Shown: piece after piece, positions 52,600 through 61,317 of the stretch | How the letters are laid out: every line of letters starts with the position of its first letter | How positions within the stretch are numbered: position 1 is the stretch's first letter | From: a virus | Direction: 5' to 3' (one strand) | IMG/VR virus record: IMGVR_UViG_3300045594_000099 | Location: 1 to 64,000 of that record | DNA length: 64,000 nt | Position numbers and translations under genes: made by a program | The notes under the pieces: model-generated | Databases searched by the model: none | Seen by the model: the letters and a program-made list of their open reading frames with translations, nothing else | What the model was told of the DNA's origin: nothing

Positions 52600-54659
52600 T
52601 AGATGACACAGTGTCTTTCTCGTTTGACGAAGACGAAGACAGCAGATCAATAGGCGATCTGATAGACCTGATAAAGAGCAGGTATGCTGAAGAAGATGAG
52701 AAGCGAGAGAAAGAGCGTGCTGCTAAAGCTAAGACGAATTCTAGCGATGAGTCAAGCGATTACGAAAGCAACATAGCTGCTATCGCTAAAGCTGTCAAAG
52801 AGAGCAATGAAAGACAGAAAGTCGACAGTGCTAAGCATGACAATGACAGAGTCAAGCGACAGCAGAATGAAGAGAAGAAAGCTGCAGTAAGTCGCACATC
52901 TAATGCTAGCGACGACAGGAAGATAGCTCAATTCAGCAAAGTCAATGCTGACGAAATACGAAAAGTATTCGCTACTCTCAACATGCAGCAAGTCGTCAAG
53001 AACTTAGATCAGTACACTTCGTCAATCAACAAGTACATTGATGGAATGCATACTGTAATGTCTATGGGCACTTCTTTCTATGACAGCTTGCATTCAAGAC
53101 TTGCGACTAAAGCAGCTTCTGAAAGCATAGACCAGACTGCTATGAGAGCTAAAGCTTCTGAGATATCATCTGACATGAAGACAGTCATAGACTCAAAGCA
53201 AGCTCTTGGGCCAGATACGATATCATCTATTCCGCAGACTGGCTCATCAGCTGGTGCTAGCTCTGATGAAGCTATGAAATCTGTCAGCACTGCTATATCC
53301 AAAGCTTTGCAAGCTGGCAAGTCTGTCACTAAGACACCTGGCATAGCCTCAGATGCAACTGAAAATGCTTCTTCAATTGCTACTAAGCAAATTGGTTCTG
53401 AAGCAGCTGATACTATTGCTAAGCCAGCATCAGAAGCATTGGACTCTGCAGCAACTTCTAAGATAGGCACTGCAGCTTCAGGCGCTTTAGCTGATGGCGC
53501 TGAGACAGCTGCAACAGGCGCAATAGACTCTGGCATAGCAGGTGCAGCTGGAGATGCTGCAGCTGGTGCTACTACTGCTGCAGCTGGTGCTGCTGGTGGT
53601 GGATTGATGTCGCTTGCTGGAAATCTTCTTACTAAAGTCAATCCTGTCCTCGCAGGCGTTACAGCAGTAGGTGCTCTTGCTAAAGCTGGAATGGAAGGCT
53701 ATAGAGATGCACAAAGACAAGGCAATGTCTATGGCTTAGGTGCAGGTGAAGGTGCCAAGATGATGGCATCTGGCGGATGGCAAGACGCTCAGAAGTTCCT
53801 TGGTCTTACAGATGTATCTGGCAAAGACTTGGCTAACTACAGAGCAAGCGCTTCAAGTGCTGGCTTGTCATATGGGTCAGAAGCTTTCAATGCATCTATC
53901 GAGTTGAAGAAGAGCATCAAAGACTCTGGGCTTCCTGATTCCATGATGTCTATGGCTGATCAGATGCTTAAGACTGGCGCTTCCACAGATGCTGTCAAGT
54001 CTTCTATGGATGCTTTGAAAGATACAGCCAAGACGACAGGCCAAAGCCTAGACGACATAACTAAGTCTGCTGCTGGAATAGGAAACAAGATAAATCAGGG
54101 AACTGGCGGCAGTGATGGTGAGGAGATGGCTGCAGATGTGCAAGCGAATCTTGAGAAAACTGTCAAAGACACTACTGGCGCTACCATAGGCGTAAAAGAC
54201 GCTCAGGCGCTAGTAAGCAACAAAGCATTCTTGCAAGGTCTTGGCTCTCTTGGTGGAGATGCTCTTGCAGCTTCTCAAAGCCCTGTCACAGCTACAAGAT
54301 ATCTGAATGACCATCCTGAAGATGCTTCAAGAGCTATGCAAAATATGTTGAGATTCAATACTCTTCCTGGAACAAGCACTAGCGAACAGTATATGAACGA
54401 GAACAATCTGGACAGAGCTGGCCTTGGCGCTGTCATAGGATCTGTAGACAGAGCTAGAAAAGTAGCAGTAGGAGAATCTGATTACGGCGAATCTAAGAGC
54501 ACATCTAGAAAGTCAAGAAGCAATAGCGATGCTAAGTCTTCGTCAGACATCAACATAAAGATAAGCGCAGATGATGGTCTGTATGCTAAGATGGCTAAGA
54601 AAGACGAGACGCTACAGAGAATCTATTCTGGCTCTGACTCTATGAGAATAGGCAAGTAG
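52596..54659 (+). CDS. Tape-measure-like tail protein
   Basis: 687 aa, long helical K/E-rich N-terminus, central Ala/Gly-rich hydrophobic stretch (AAGDAAAGATTAAAGAAGGGLMSLAGNLL..VLAGVTAVGALAKAG). Confidence 0.55.
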   Translation: MIDDTVSFSFDEDEDSRSIGDLIDLIKSRYAEEDEKREKERAAKAKTNSSDESSDYESNIAAIAKAVKESNERQKVDSAKHDNDRVKRQQNEEKKAAVSRTSNASDDRKIAQFSKVNADEIRKVFATLNMQQVVKNLDQYTSSINKYIDGMHTVMSMGTSFYDSLHSRLATKAASESIDQTAMRAKASEISSDMKTVIDSKQALGPDTISSIPQTGSSAGASSDEAMKSVSTAISKALQAGKSVTKTPGIASDATENASSIATKQIGSEAADTIAKPASEALDSAATSKIGTAASGALADGAETAATGAIDSGIAGAAGDAAAGATTAAAGAAGGGLMSLAGNLLTKVNPVLAGVTAVGALAKAGMEGYRDAQRQGNVYGLGAGEGAKMMASGGWQDAQKFLGLTDVSGKDLANYRASASSAGLSYGSEAFNASIELKKSIKDSGLPDSMMSMADQMLKTGASTDAVKSSMDALKDTAKTTGQSLDDITKSAAGIGNKINQGTGGSDGEEMAADVQANLEKTVKDTTGATIGVKDAQALVSNKAFLQGLGSLGGDALAASQSPVTATRYLNDHPEDASRAMQNMLRFNTLPGTSTSEQYMNENNLDRAGLGAVIGSVDRARKVAVGESDYGESKSTSRKSRSNSDAKSSSDINIKISADDGLYAKMAKKDETLQRIYSGSDSMRIGK

Positions 54660-54661
54660 TC

Positions 54662-55549
54662 ATGGTCATATCTATCACATCAGGCACAGCTGCATATTCA
54701 TTTGCGACTAACCCTACAGACTGGTCTTACACTGTCAAGCCAAAGTACACTATATCAGACACATTGCAAGGCAGAGTCATACAGCTTCTTGGCAAGACAG
54801 AGTCTGGAGCTTTCAGTGGCGATCTATGCGCAAGACCAGCATCTCCATCTGATCTTGACTCCATAGCATATGTATTCGCTTCATTCTACAAGTCTGTCCT
54901 TCAGAACCAGCAGAACAACATACCAACAAGACTTCAGTTCCCAGACAAGGGCATAGATGTCATATGCGCTTTGGGAGACTATGCTTACTCTAAGAGTCTT
55001 GACAGCAATTCTATCCCATATGCTATATCATTCGATGTCGTCAGAAATTCGTCTCCAATGACAAGAAGCGATATGTCATCTCTGTTCAATGCTATCAGAC
55101 AAGACATAGGCTTCACATCTGGAGATGAAGGCTGGCATGGCGGGACTGGAGACTACACTCTGCAGCCGATCACTGGACTTACGCCAAATGGAGTAGAAGT
55201 CAAGGGTCAGACAGTAGGCACATCTACAGATCTCGCTTCTAATTCTCCTGTCGATTGCCAGAAGTATGCTCATCAAAGAGTGCTTGACATGGGTTGGACA
55301 GAAGCTGACTTCGCTGCTCTTGTCAAGCTATGGAATCGAGAGTCAGGCTGGAACTATAAAGCTACGAATCAATCTTCTGGCGCGTATGGTATCGTGCAGT
55401 CTCTGCCACCTGAGAAGATGGCATCTGCTGGTGCTGACTGGAAGACTAATCCGAAGACTCAGATAGAGTGGGGACTTAAGTACATAAAGGACAGGTATGG
55501 AAGTCCGTCGCAAAGCTGGCAACACGAGTTGTCCGTCGGATGGTATTAA
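54662..55549 (+). CDS. Tail protein with C-terminal lysozyme-like transglycosylase domain
   Basis: LVKLWNRESGWNYKATNQSSGAYGIVQSLP...QIEWGLKYIKDRYGSPSQSW...GWY. Confidence 0.65.
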   Translation: MVISITSGTAAYSFATNPTDWSYTVKPKYTISDTLQGRVIQLLGKTESGAFSGDLCARPASPSDLDSIAYVFASFYKSVLQNQQNNIPTRLQFPDKGIDVICALGDYAYSKSLDSNSIPYAISFDVVRNSSPMTRSDMSSLFNAIRQDIGFTSGDEGWHGGTGDYTLQPITGLTPNGVEVKGQTVGTSTDLASNSPVDCQKYAHQRVLDMGWTEADFAALVKLWNRESGWNYKATNQSSGAYGIVQSLPPEKMASAGADWKTNPKTQIEWGLKYIKDRYGSPSQSWQHELSVGWY

Positions 55550-55581
55550 ATGATAATGATTGTCAACAAAGGTAGCATATC

Positions 55582-56289
55582 ATGTCTATGACGCTGTATT
55601 CTTCTGATACTATGGTAGAAGTGCTTCCAATACGAATGTCTTGGACTATGCAATCTGATGCTAGCACTTCTGTAGCTCAAAGAAATGCATGGTTCCAGGC
55701 TAAGCATCCACGACAAGACAGCTTGACAGTCACGTTCAGAAATGGTCCGCAAGAAGTGCAAGAGCAGACTGCTATGTGCTTCCAAAGATGGCAGAGAGGA
55801 AATGCGATACTGACTCTATCTTGGCCTGAGCAGCATATGAACTACAAAGTCACTATAGCTAGCTTCTCATGGCAAGAGACAGCTGGAGCGCCGACTAAAG
55901 ACTTGACTGCGTCATTCTTGCTTCTGACTAACATGTTCCAGACATCTATGACAGACATGATAGTATCGACAGACGTCATAAAGATAGTAGAGTCAATGCT
56001 TGAGAATGAAAGCATAGACGACAAGCTTGGAGACATAGCTAAAGACAACAACAAGAACCTGTATGACAAGTGGTCTAAAGAGAACAAGCAGATCGCTGGT
56101 ATGACAATAGCATATCTTGGCGATGGCAATGTCAGAATATCATGCACTAAGCCAATAGACTACACTAAGCCATTGAGCAGCAGCATGCAGTCAGCATCAT
56201 TCACAGTGCCATTCAGTCAGGATCTAGCTGACACATTAGCTAGCAATAGCGATGTGTATTCGTATCTTCAGCATCTGTCTGGCAAGTAG
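55582..56289 (+). CDS. Hypothetical tail/baseplate protein
   Basis: 235-aa ORF within the tail gene run. Confidence 0.45.
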   Translation: MSMTLYSSDTMVEVLPIRMSWTMQSDASTSVAQRNAWFQAKHPRQDSLTVTFRNGPQEVQEQTAMCFQRWQRGNAILTLSWPEQHMNYKVTIASFSWQETAGAPTKDLTASFLLLTNMFQTSMTDMIVSTDVIKIVESMLENESIDDKLGDIAKDNNKNLYDKWSKENKQIAGMTIAYLGDGNVRISCTKPIDYTKPLSSSMQSASFTVPFSQDLADTLASNSDVYSYLQHLSGK

Positions 56290-56310
56290 AAATAGATTGG
56301 GAAGGCAAGA

Positions 56311-58812
56311 ATGAGCAATCAAGTCACAGAGGCTTTCTACTCTGGAGTGGAAGTCATGGTGCGTCTTGCAAACAGCTCCATAATAGACGTGTCTGATGAT
56401 GTTGAGTCTGTCACTGTATCAAGACGCAAGTCTGCAATATCGACAGCATCAGTAACTCTGAACAATGCAGGATCGTATTCTCAGGGCAAGTACAGTGCTG
56501 GTAAATGGAAGCTGCACCCTGGCGATGCTGTGCACATAAGCTTCCTCAAGAACGACAGGACTATAGAAGCTTTCACTGGCAAGATATCCAAATGCCCAGC
56601 TTTCGGCTTCTATGACATAAGCTACTCATTTGATTGTGAAGACGCTATAGGCGACTTGCACTACATCTACTGGGATCCGTATTCTACTAAAGCTATAGAG
56701 AAGTACTGGAACGGCACGATGTCTGTACTTAGCAACGACAGCAAGTCAAGCAATGATGCTGAATCAGGGTCTCAGCTAGTGCAGTTCTTGCAGGACGTCT
56801 GCGGCTTTCCGTCTAGCATGATAAAGATAGCTAAGTTCCCTAATCAGAATAAGTTCATAGAAGACATAATCGGATCGATAACTGATGGCAAAGCTCAGTC
56901 TGATGACATGGCTCTTTCGATATTCCAGCAGCTGTTCGGTCCAACCAACATGTCTGATGCTTCTTCTAGCAAAAATGGATCTGCTGCAGCTGGAGACGTA
57001 GATTCTTATCAAGGCGTCATCCAGAAAATGCTGAATCTTGATGCTAAATCTAACATGAACGATGTGGGCAAAGAAGTTGGATTCGTAAATGCAAACAGCA
57101 ATACCACTTATGACTGGACGCATATGGATGGAGAAGGTCATACTGGCAAGTATGGTCTGACTCAAGAGCAGATGAAGAAATGGGCTAATATCGACAAAGC
57201 AGCTAAAGACTGCTCAGAATCTGCTCAAGACAAAGCTATGAAAGCTATATGCTTAGACATATCTAAAGGCACGGGAAGTGAAGATGCTGCTTGCATCATA
57301 TTCTACTACTTCACTGGTCTCAATATCAAAGACAAAAAAGACAAAGCTGATCTAAAGCTTCCAAGCAATGTCTATCTTAAGATTGGCAGCACTACTTACA
57401 AGACTCTTGACAAGTGGAAAGATTTCATAGACAAGCAGATTGGCGAGACTAATAGCTCTTCTTCGTCTGGCTCGCCCAGTTCGCATACATCAAATTCTGC
57501 TACTGGATCGACAGCTATGGATGGCAAGCTAGATGCATTCCTGAAGAAGCATGCTGATGGCACTCCATCTCTTGATGTAGATGGAGCTTGGGGGCATCAG
57601 TGCTGGGATCTGTACCTGTCTTACGGAAAGGAAGTGCTTGGCTTCAGCATGGGCAGTCCAGAGATGATGCAAGATGCTGGCGGAAATGGCGCTTTCTACA
57701 ATGCTATGCCAAAGGGCGATAGCGGCAAAGTACTGAAGAAGATACAGCCAAATGAAACATGTCAGAAGGGCGACATAGCATTGTGGAGAAGCTCTCCTGG
57801 CGATGGAGGATATGGGCATGTCGCTATAGTGCTTTCTGACAAGGGATCAGGCGTTGACTGCTTGTCTCAGGGAGGGTCAATACCAACTGTCTTCAGAATG
57901 ACGATGCCAAAGAACTCTGGCGGCTATTCGCTTGCAGGGTATCTTAGACCTACTGGAGTGACTGGGTCTTCTGACAACTCTGACTCATCAGATGGCAGCT
58001 CGTCTGATTCTGCTACTGCTACTGCTGAAGACCTAGCATACAAGCTGTTCAAGTATGTCACTTATGTCGGGCAGACACCAAGCTATGAGTCTGAAGCTCT
58101 TACTGGCCCATTAGCTCTGTACAATGATAAGCCTGCTCTTGAATTCGTGCAGTCTCTTTGCAAAGGGTCTATGAGAGAGTTCATGACTTTGCCAGATGGA
58201 TCGTTTGCAGCATTCGTACCAGACTACTTCGGAAAGCTTCATGCATCTGGCATTCTTAACAATGAGATATCGATACCTCAGTACGAGATAGTAGACTACT
58301 CTGCAGACTTCGACAAGTCAATGTACACTTCTCATGTCTACTTGCTTACTAGAGAGCATATGGACACTCAGTATGGAGTCACCATAGGCACATTCGATGA
58401 AGTGCAAAGACTTCTGCAATCTAATGGCACTATATCGTTGGAGAAGCAGGGAGACAGTCTTCTCAAGCTTGTAGACATATCGATAACAGGATGCAAGACA
58501 GCATCTCAGCTATTGCAAAGATTCGGCGTCTCAGTATACGATACTACTGACAACTACATAATAGACTCGACTATGACAGCTGTCAAAGCTTTGCTGATCT
58601 TCATGGAGAGATGGGCAGCTTGCTTCTCGAATACTTTGAAGATAACATTCAGGCCAGAGATACTGCCAGGCATAAGACTTAGACTAGAAGGAGCAGGAGT
58701 GACTGTATTCGTGGAGTCTGTCACTCATTCTTGGTCCGCTACTAATGGCGGAGCTACAAATGTGCAGATATCATCTCCAGTTGAGACGAATACTGGAAAA
58801 GTTGGATTGTAA
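56311..58812 (+). CDS. Tail/baseplate hub-like protein with an internal CHAP peptidase domain
   Basis: CHAP Cys block GAWGHQCWDLYLSYG and His block GDIALWRSSPGDGGYGHVAIVL; Ser-rich linkers; N-terminal part resembles late-control-D/hub proteins only loosely. Confidence 0.65.
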   Translation: MSNQVTEAFYSGVEVMVRLANSSIIDVSDDVESVTVSRRKSAISTASVTLNNAGSYSQGKYSAGKWKLHPGDAVHISFLKNDRTIEAFTGKISKCPAFGFYDISYSFDCEDAIGDLHYIYWDPYSTKAIEKYWNGTMSVLSNDSKSSNDAESGSQLVQFLQDVCGFPSSMIKIAKFPNQNKFIEDIIGSITDGKAQSDDMALSIFQQLFGPTNMSDASSSKNGSAAAGDVDSYQGVIQKMLNLDAKSNMNDVGKEVGFVNANSNTTYDWTHMDGEGHTGKYGLTQEQMKKWANIDKAAKDCSESAQDKAMKAICLDISKGTGSEDAACIIFYYFTGLNIKDKKDKADLKLPSNVYLKIGSTTYKTLDKWKDFIDKQIGETNSSSSSGSPSSHTSNSATGSTAMDGKLDAFLKKHADGTPSLDVDGAWGHQCWDLYLSYGKEVLGFSMGSPEMMQDAGGNGAFYNAMPKGDSGKVLKKIQPNETCQKGDIALWRSSPGDGGYGHVAIVLSDKGSGVDCLSQGGSIPTVFRMTMPKNSGGYSLAGYLRPTGVTGSSDNSDSSDGSSSDSATATAEDLAYKLFKYVTYVGQTPSYESEALTGPLALYNDKPALEFVQSLCKGSMREFMTLPDGSFAAFVPDYFGKLHASGILNNEISIPQYEIVDYSADFDKSMYTSHVYLLTREHMDTQYGVTIGTFDEVQRLLQSNGTISLEKQGDSLLKLVDISITGCKTASQLLQRFGVSVYDTTDNYIIDSTMTAVKALLIFMERWAACFSNTLKITFRPEILPGIRLRLEGAGVTVFVESVTHSWSATNGGATNVQISSPVETNTGKVGL

Positions 58813-58840
58813 TATCCTTCATTGGATCTCACTGTATCAT

Positions 58841-58935
58841 CAGGTTAACGACGTTTAATCGTGTGATACTTCAGTAATAGGTATTATAAAATATATATAC
58901 CTAATACTTCAAGTTCACAGAGATAAACGTCGTCA
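58841..58935. repeat. Palindromic intergenic element, copy 8 (convergent gene ends)
   Basis: caggttaacgacgtttaatcgtgtgat..gtattataaaatatatatac..gttcacagagataaacgtcgtcaat; lies between the + strand stop at 58812 and the - strand stop at 58937. Confidence 0.8.
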
Positions 58936-58936
58936 A

Positions 58937-59338
58937 TCATACATGCATGATGCAAGCATTGCCATGCCAGTCTGTATACACTGCATTCTTTACGTTAGCT
59001 GCTTTCATCAGCTTCTGGCATCTCTTGCATGGCTTAGACATCGTGGCCGTGCCGTCAGAATAGACTCTAGCTACGTAGACAGTAGAATTGCCAGCATCAC
59101 CTCTGCATGCCTTCAAAGCTTGCTCTTCAGCATGGACAGATATGCCTGATGGTCTGTCTAGCATGTATGCAGGATTGTTTCGCATCTTGTTGATTCCTAC
59201 AGACAGAACATTGTTGCTTCTTACGACTAAAGCACCATGTTTCTTCTTGCATGAACTGAGCTTAGCTAGTTCTGTAGCTATGTCAAGCCAATGCTGATGT
59301 CTTGCTGATATCATGTCTTTCATAGCTTTCAGAACCAT
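58937..59338 (-). CDS. dCMP (deoxycytidylate) / cytidine deaminase family zinc enzyme
   Basis: VHAEEQAL (HAE) and SKPCKRCQKLM (PCxxC); the only convincing minus-strand gene in the window. Confidence 0.85.
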   Translation of the reverse strand: MVLKAMKDMISARHQHWLDIATELAKLSSCKKKHGALVVRSNNVLSVGINKMRNNPAYMLDRPSGISVHAEEQALKACRGDAGNSTVYVARVYSDGTATMSKPCKRCQKLMKAANVKNAVYTDWHGNACIMHV

Positions 59339-59457
59339 CGACGTTCGAAGTCATTTCCAGGAAGTCGAATCCATCTTAAACTTTGATTAGCTATCATGTC
59401 GTTATTGCTTTTGATCCACATTCGATATCGCTTTCTTGTTTTTGTTTTTATAGTTAT

Positions 59458-59486
59458 ATTATATAACATAATAGTACGAAAGTAAA
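59458..59486 (-). promoter_or_regulatory. Conserved cassette promoter on the minus strand (TTTACT-17-TATAAT)
   Basis: Reverse complement reads aGATTTTACTTTCgtactattatgtTATATAATATAAc; drives the deaminase gene. Confidence 0.75.
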
Positions 59487-59518
59487 ATCTGAAGCATTCC
59501 AGTTGTTGTCAGGTTTAT

Positions 59519-59585
59519 CCAGATTGAAATCGTTGTTTAGTATCCATATAATTATATAGACTACGAATACAAAGCGTTCAGAAGT
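59519..59585. repeat. Degenerate copy of the palindromic element
   Basis: ccagattgaaatcgttgtttagtatccatataattatatagactacgaatacaaagcgttcagaag between the divergent promoters. Confidence 0.45.
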
Positions 59586-59596
59586 AAATTCTCAAT

Positions 59597-59625
59597 TTTA
59601 CATTTGCTAAAAAGTGTTATATAAT
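59597..59625 (+). promoter_or_regulatory. Conserved cassette promoter (TTTACA-17-TATAAT)
   Basis: caATTTTACAtttgctaaaaagtgtTATATAATAttc; followed by about 500 nt without a credible ORF. Confidence 0.7.
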
Positions 59626-59631
59626 ATTCAT

Positions 59632-60125
59632 ATAGGTTGGTGACAATCTATGATAAGATTGTGTTGAGCAATACAGACATGGACATTGTGTCTAGCATAT
59701 GGTCTTTTGCTGCATGAGCTAATATCGATTGAGTTGATGACTGACATCATACGATTTCGATATGCTTGATGATCATGCAGTACTTTGGATGGCAGTAGCT
59801 TTCACATCCAAAAGCAATTCAGCCATATGTGCAGGTACTGAAATAGCCTGGCATCTTTGTTCGTGCTTGCATCTGATGCAAGATGGGATCAGCAACTTCA
59901 GAAATGCTGAAATTCATGGTCTGCTTAAGAGGCATAGCCTACGAGTTCCATTTAATGCTCAGAGCAAATGCAAGTCTGAGGACCACAATATCCTCAATGT
60001 CTGCACAGCATAGAATACTCTATATCCGAAGCTTGCTTTATAGACAGCAGTTTAGGGCTATTTCCCTGAAATAGGACAAGTATGCTTAGAATACACATCA
60101 ACATCTAAATATCTTATCATAGAAA
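59632..60125 (+). ncRNA. Candidate structured non-coding RNA or long structured 5' leader
   Basis: Nested helices CTGCATGA(59710)/TCATGCAG(59780) enclosing ATATCGA/TCGATAT and TGATG/CATCA; TTTGGATG(59784)/CATCCAAA(59812); CTTGCAT/ATGCAAG; TCAGCA/TGCTGA; CTATTTC/GAAATAG. Tracked ORFs here lack SD sequences. Confidence 0.35.
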
Positions 60126-60137
60126 GAAGAATCTAAC

Positions 60138-60452
60138 ATGAACATTGAAAATGAAAATGAATTTGCAGACGAATCATATTATTCACTATTTACGAAGTCT
60201 AAAATGAACAGACTTGCATTCAATCAAGAGCAATGGCTTAAGCTTGACTCAAAGATTTCATATGCTTTACTTAATCACTATGCAGACTTGAATTCTAATC
60301 TCATCAAAGAACTAGATGTTCTATATGCTTATACAGAAATGACTTTGCCAAATGTTCCAGCAAAAGACAAGAAGACATTCGATTTGTATGAATCTATCAA
60401 CAACAGACTTCATATAATGGATACAAGACGTTCAGAACTTGAAAGCATCTGA
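60138..60452 (+). CDS. Hypothetical protein
   Basis: 104-aa ORF after agaaagaagaatctaac. Confidence 0.5.
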   Translation: MNIENENEFADESYYSLFTKSKMNRLAFNQEQWLKLDSKISYALLNHYADLNSNLIKELDVLYAYTEMTLPNVPAKDKKTFDLYESINNRLHIMDTRRSELESI

Positions 60453-60538
60453 TTTCTGATTTGAAATAGAGTGATTTATCAAATAGACTACGATAGTCAT
60501 ATTGGTCTTCAAACCAATATCTAGCTTGGCAGCAATGC

Positions 60539-61087
60539 TTGCGAAAAATACGAGAATCTGAAACGAATTGCAGTAATGCAGAAAGAGACAATATGCTAGA
60601 TGATTCAGATATGATAGTCATAGACAATAGGGCATTCAAGAAGAGAAAGAAGTCTAGAAGGTCTTCTAATCCCATCAAGTATCGCAATTGCGAATCTGAA
60701 AGCTACATCAGAACTGTACATTACTATGACAAGCAATCATTCAAGAGCATAGATTCAGAAAACGATTTCGATTATGCAGACGAATCAGTCAAAAGACGCA
60801 ATACAGCAAATGTCATTAGCAAAGCAGCTAGCATGTTCGTATTGAACAAACTATACGAAGACAAGAATGTAGTAGATGACATAATGCATGATGCTGATTC
60901 TGATACAATAGAAGACGATCTAGACAACTTCGCTGATACTGCCATATCGAATCTGAAATATGACATCAGCGACAATATAGCATTGCGAAGCAAAGTCAAC
61001 AGCATAGTGTCTAGCATAACAAAGGAAGACGTAATCGACATGCTAGCACAACAGTATTCAAAGCATGCTATCAAAAATCTGATGTAG
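60539..61087 (+). CDS. Hypothetical protein (start uncertain; TTG 60539 or ATG 60593)
   Basis: 182-aa ORF. Confidence 0.45.
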   Translation: MRKIRESETNCSNAERDNMLDDSDMIVIDNRAFKKRKKSRRSSNPIKYRNCESESYIRTVHYYDKQSFKSIDSENDFDYADESVKRRNTANVISKAASMFVLNKLYEDKNVVDDIMHDADSDTIEDDLDNFADTAISNLKYDISDNIALRSKVNSIVSSITKEDVIDMLAQQYSKHAIKNLM

Positions 61088-61229
61088 CTTTTGCTGTCTG
61101 TCGCTATGGACAATGATGTTCATGCAAAAGAGAACAGCGAAAACATCGCAAGCCTTAGCTTGTTTGATATAATCTATTATATAGAGATATAGATCATATC
61201 ATCAAATACAAGCTATAGGAGCAGCTATC

Positions 61230-61307
61230 TTGAATTTCATAATGCTTTCTATACTAGCAATAGTAGCGATCATATCAGTCATTCTGTCTAAGATAGAGAA
61301 GAAGTAG
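61230..61307 (+). CDS. Possible 25-aa membrane peptide (TTG start)
   Basis: aggag-8 nt-TTG; MNFIMLSILAIVAIISVILSKIEKK. Confidence 0.2.
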   Translation: MNFIMLSILAIVAIISVILSKIEKK

Positions 61308-61317
61308 CAAGAAAGTC

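Noticed and set aside
53078-53641. 187-aa Ala/Pro-rich minus-strand ORF antisense to the tape-measure-like gene
   Set aside because: It mirrors the GCN-rich Ala/Gly region of the sense gene. This is a composition artefact with no start context.
2497-58935. Palindromic repeats as a CRISPR array
   Set aside because: The copies are kilobases apart and separated by genes. They are imperfect and about 100 bp long. No regular repeat-spacer structure or cas genes are present.
59762-60074. ORFs 59762..60013 (83 aa) and 59883..60074 (63 aa)
   Set aside because: They have no SD sequence and they overlap each other. Their Cys/His/Leu-rich composition looks odd. The first start codon is buried in a strong hairpin. 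I treated the region as a candidate RNA instead.
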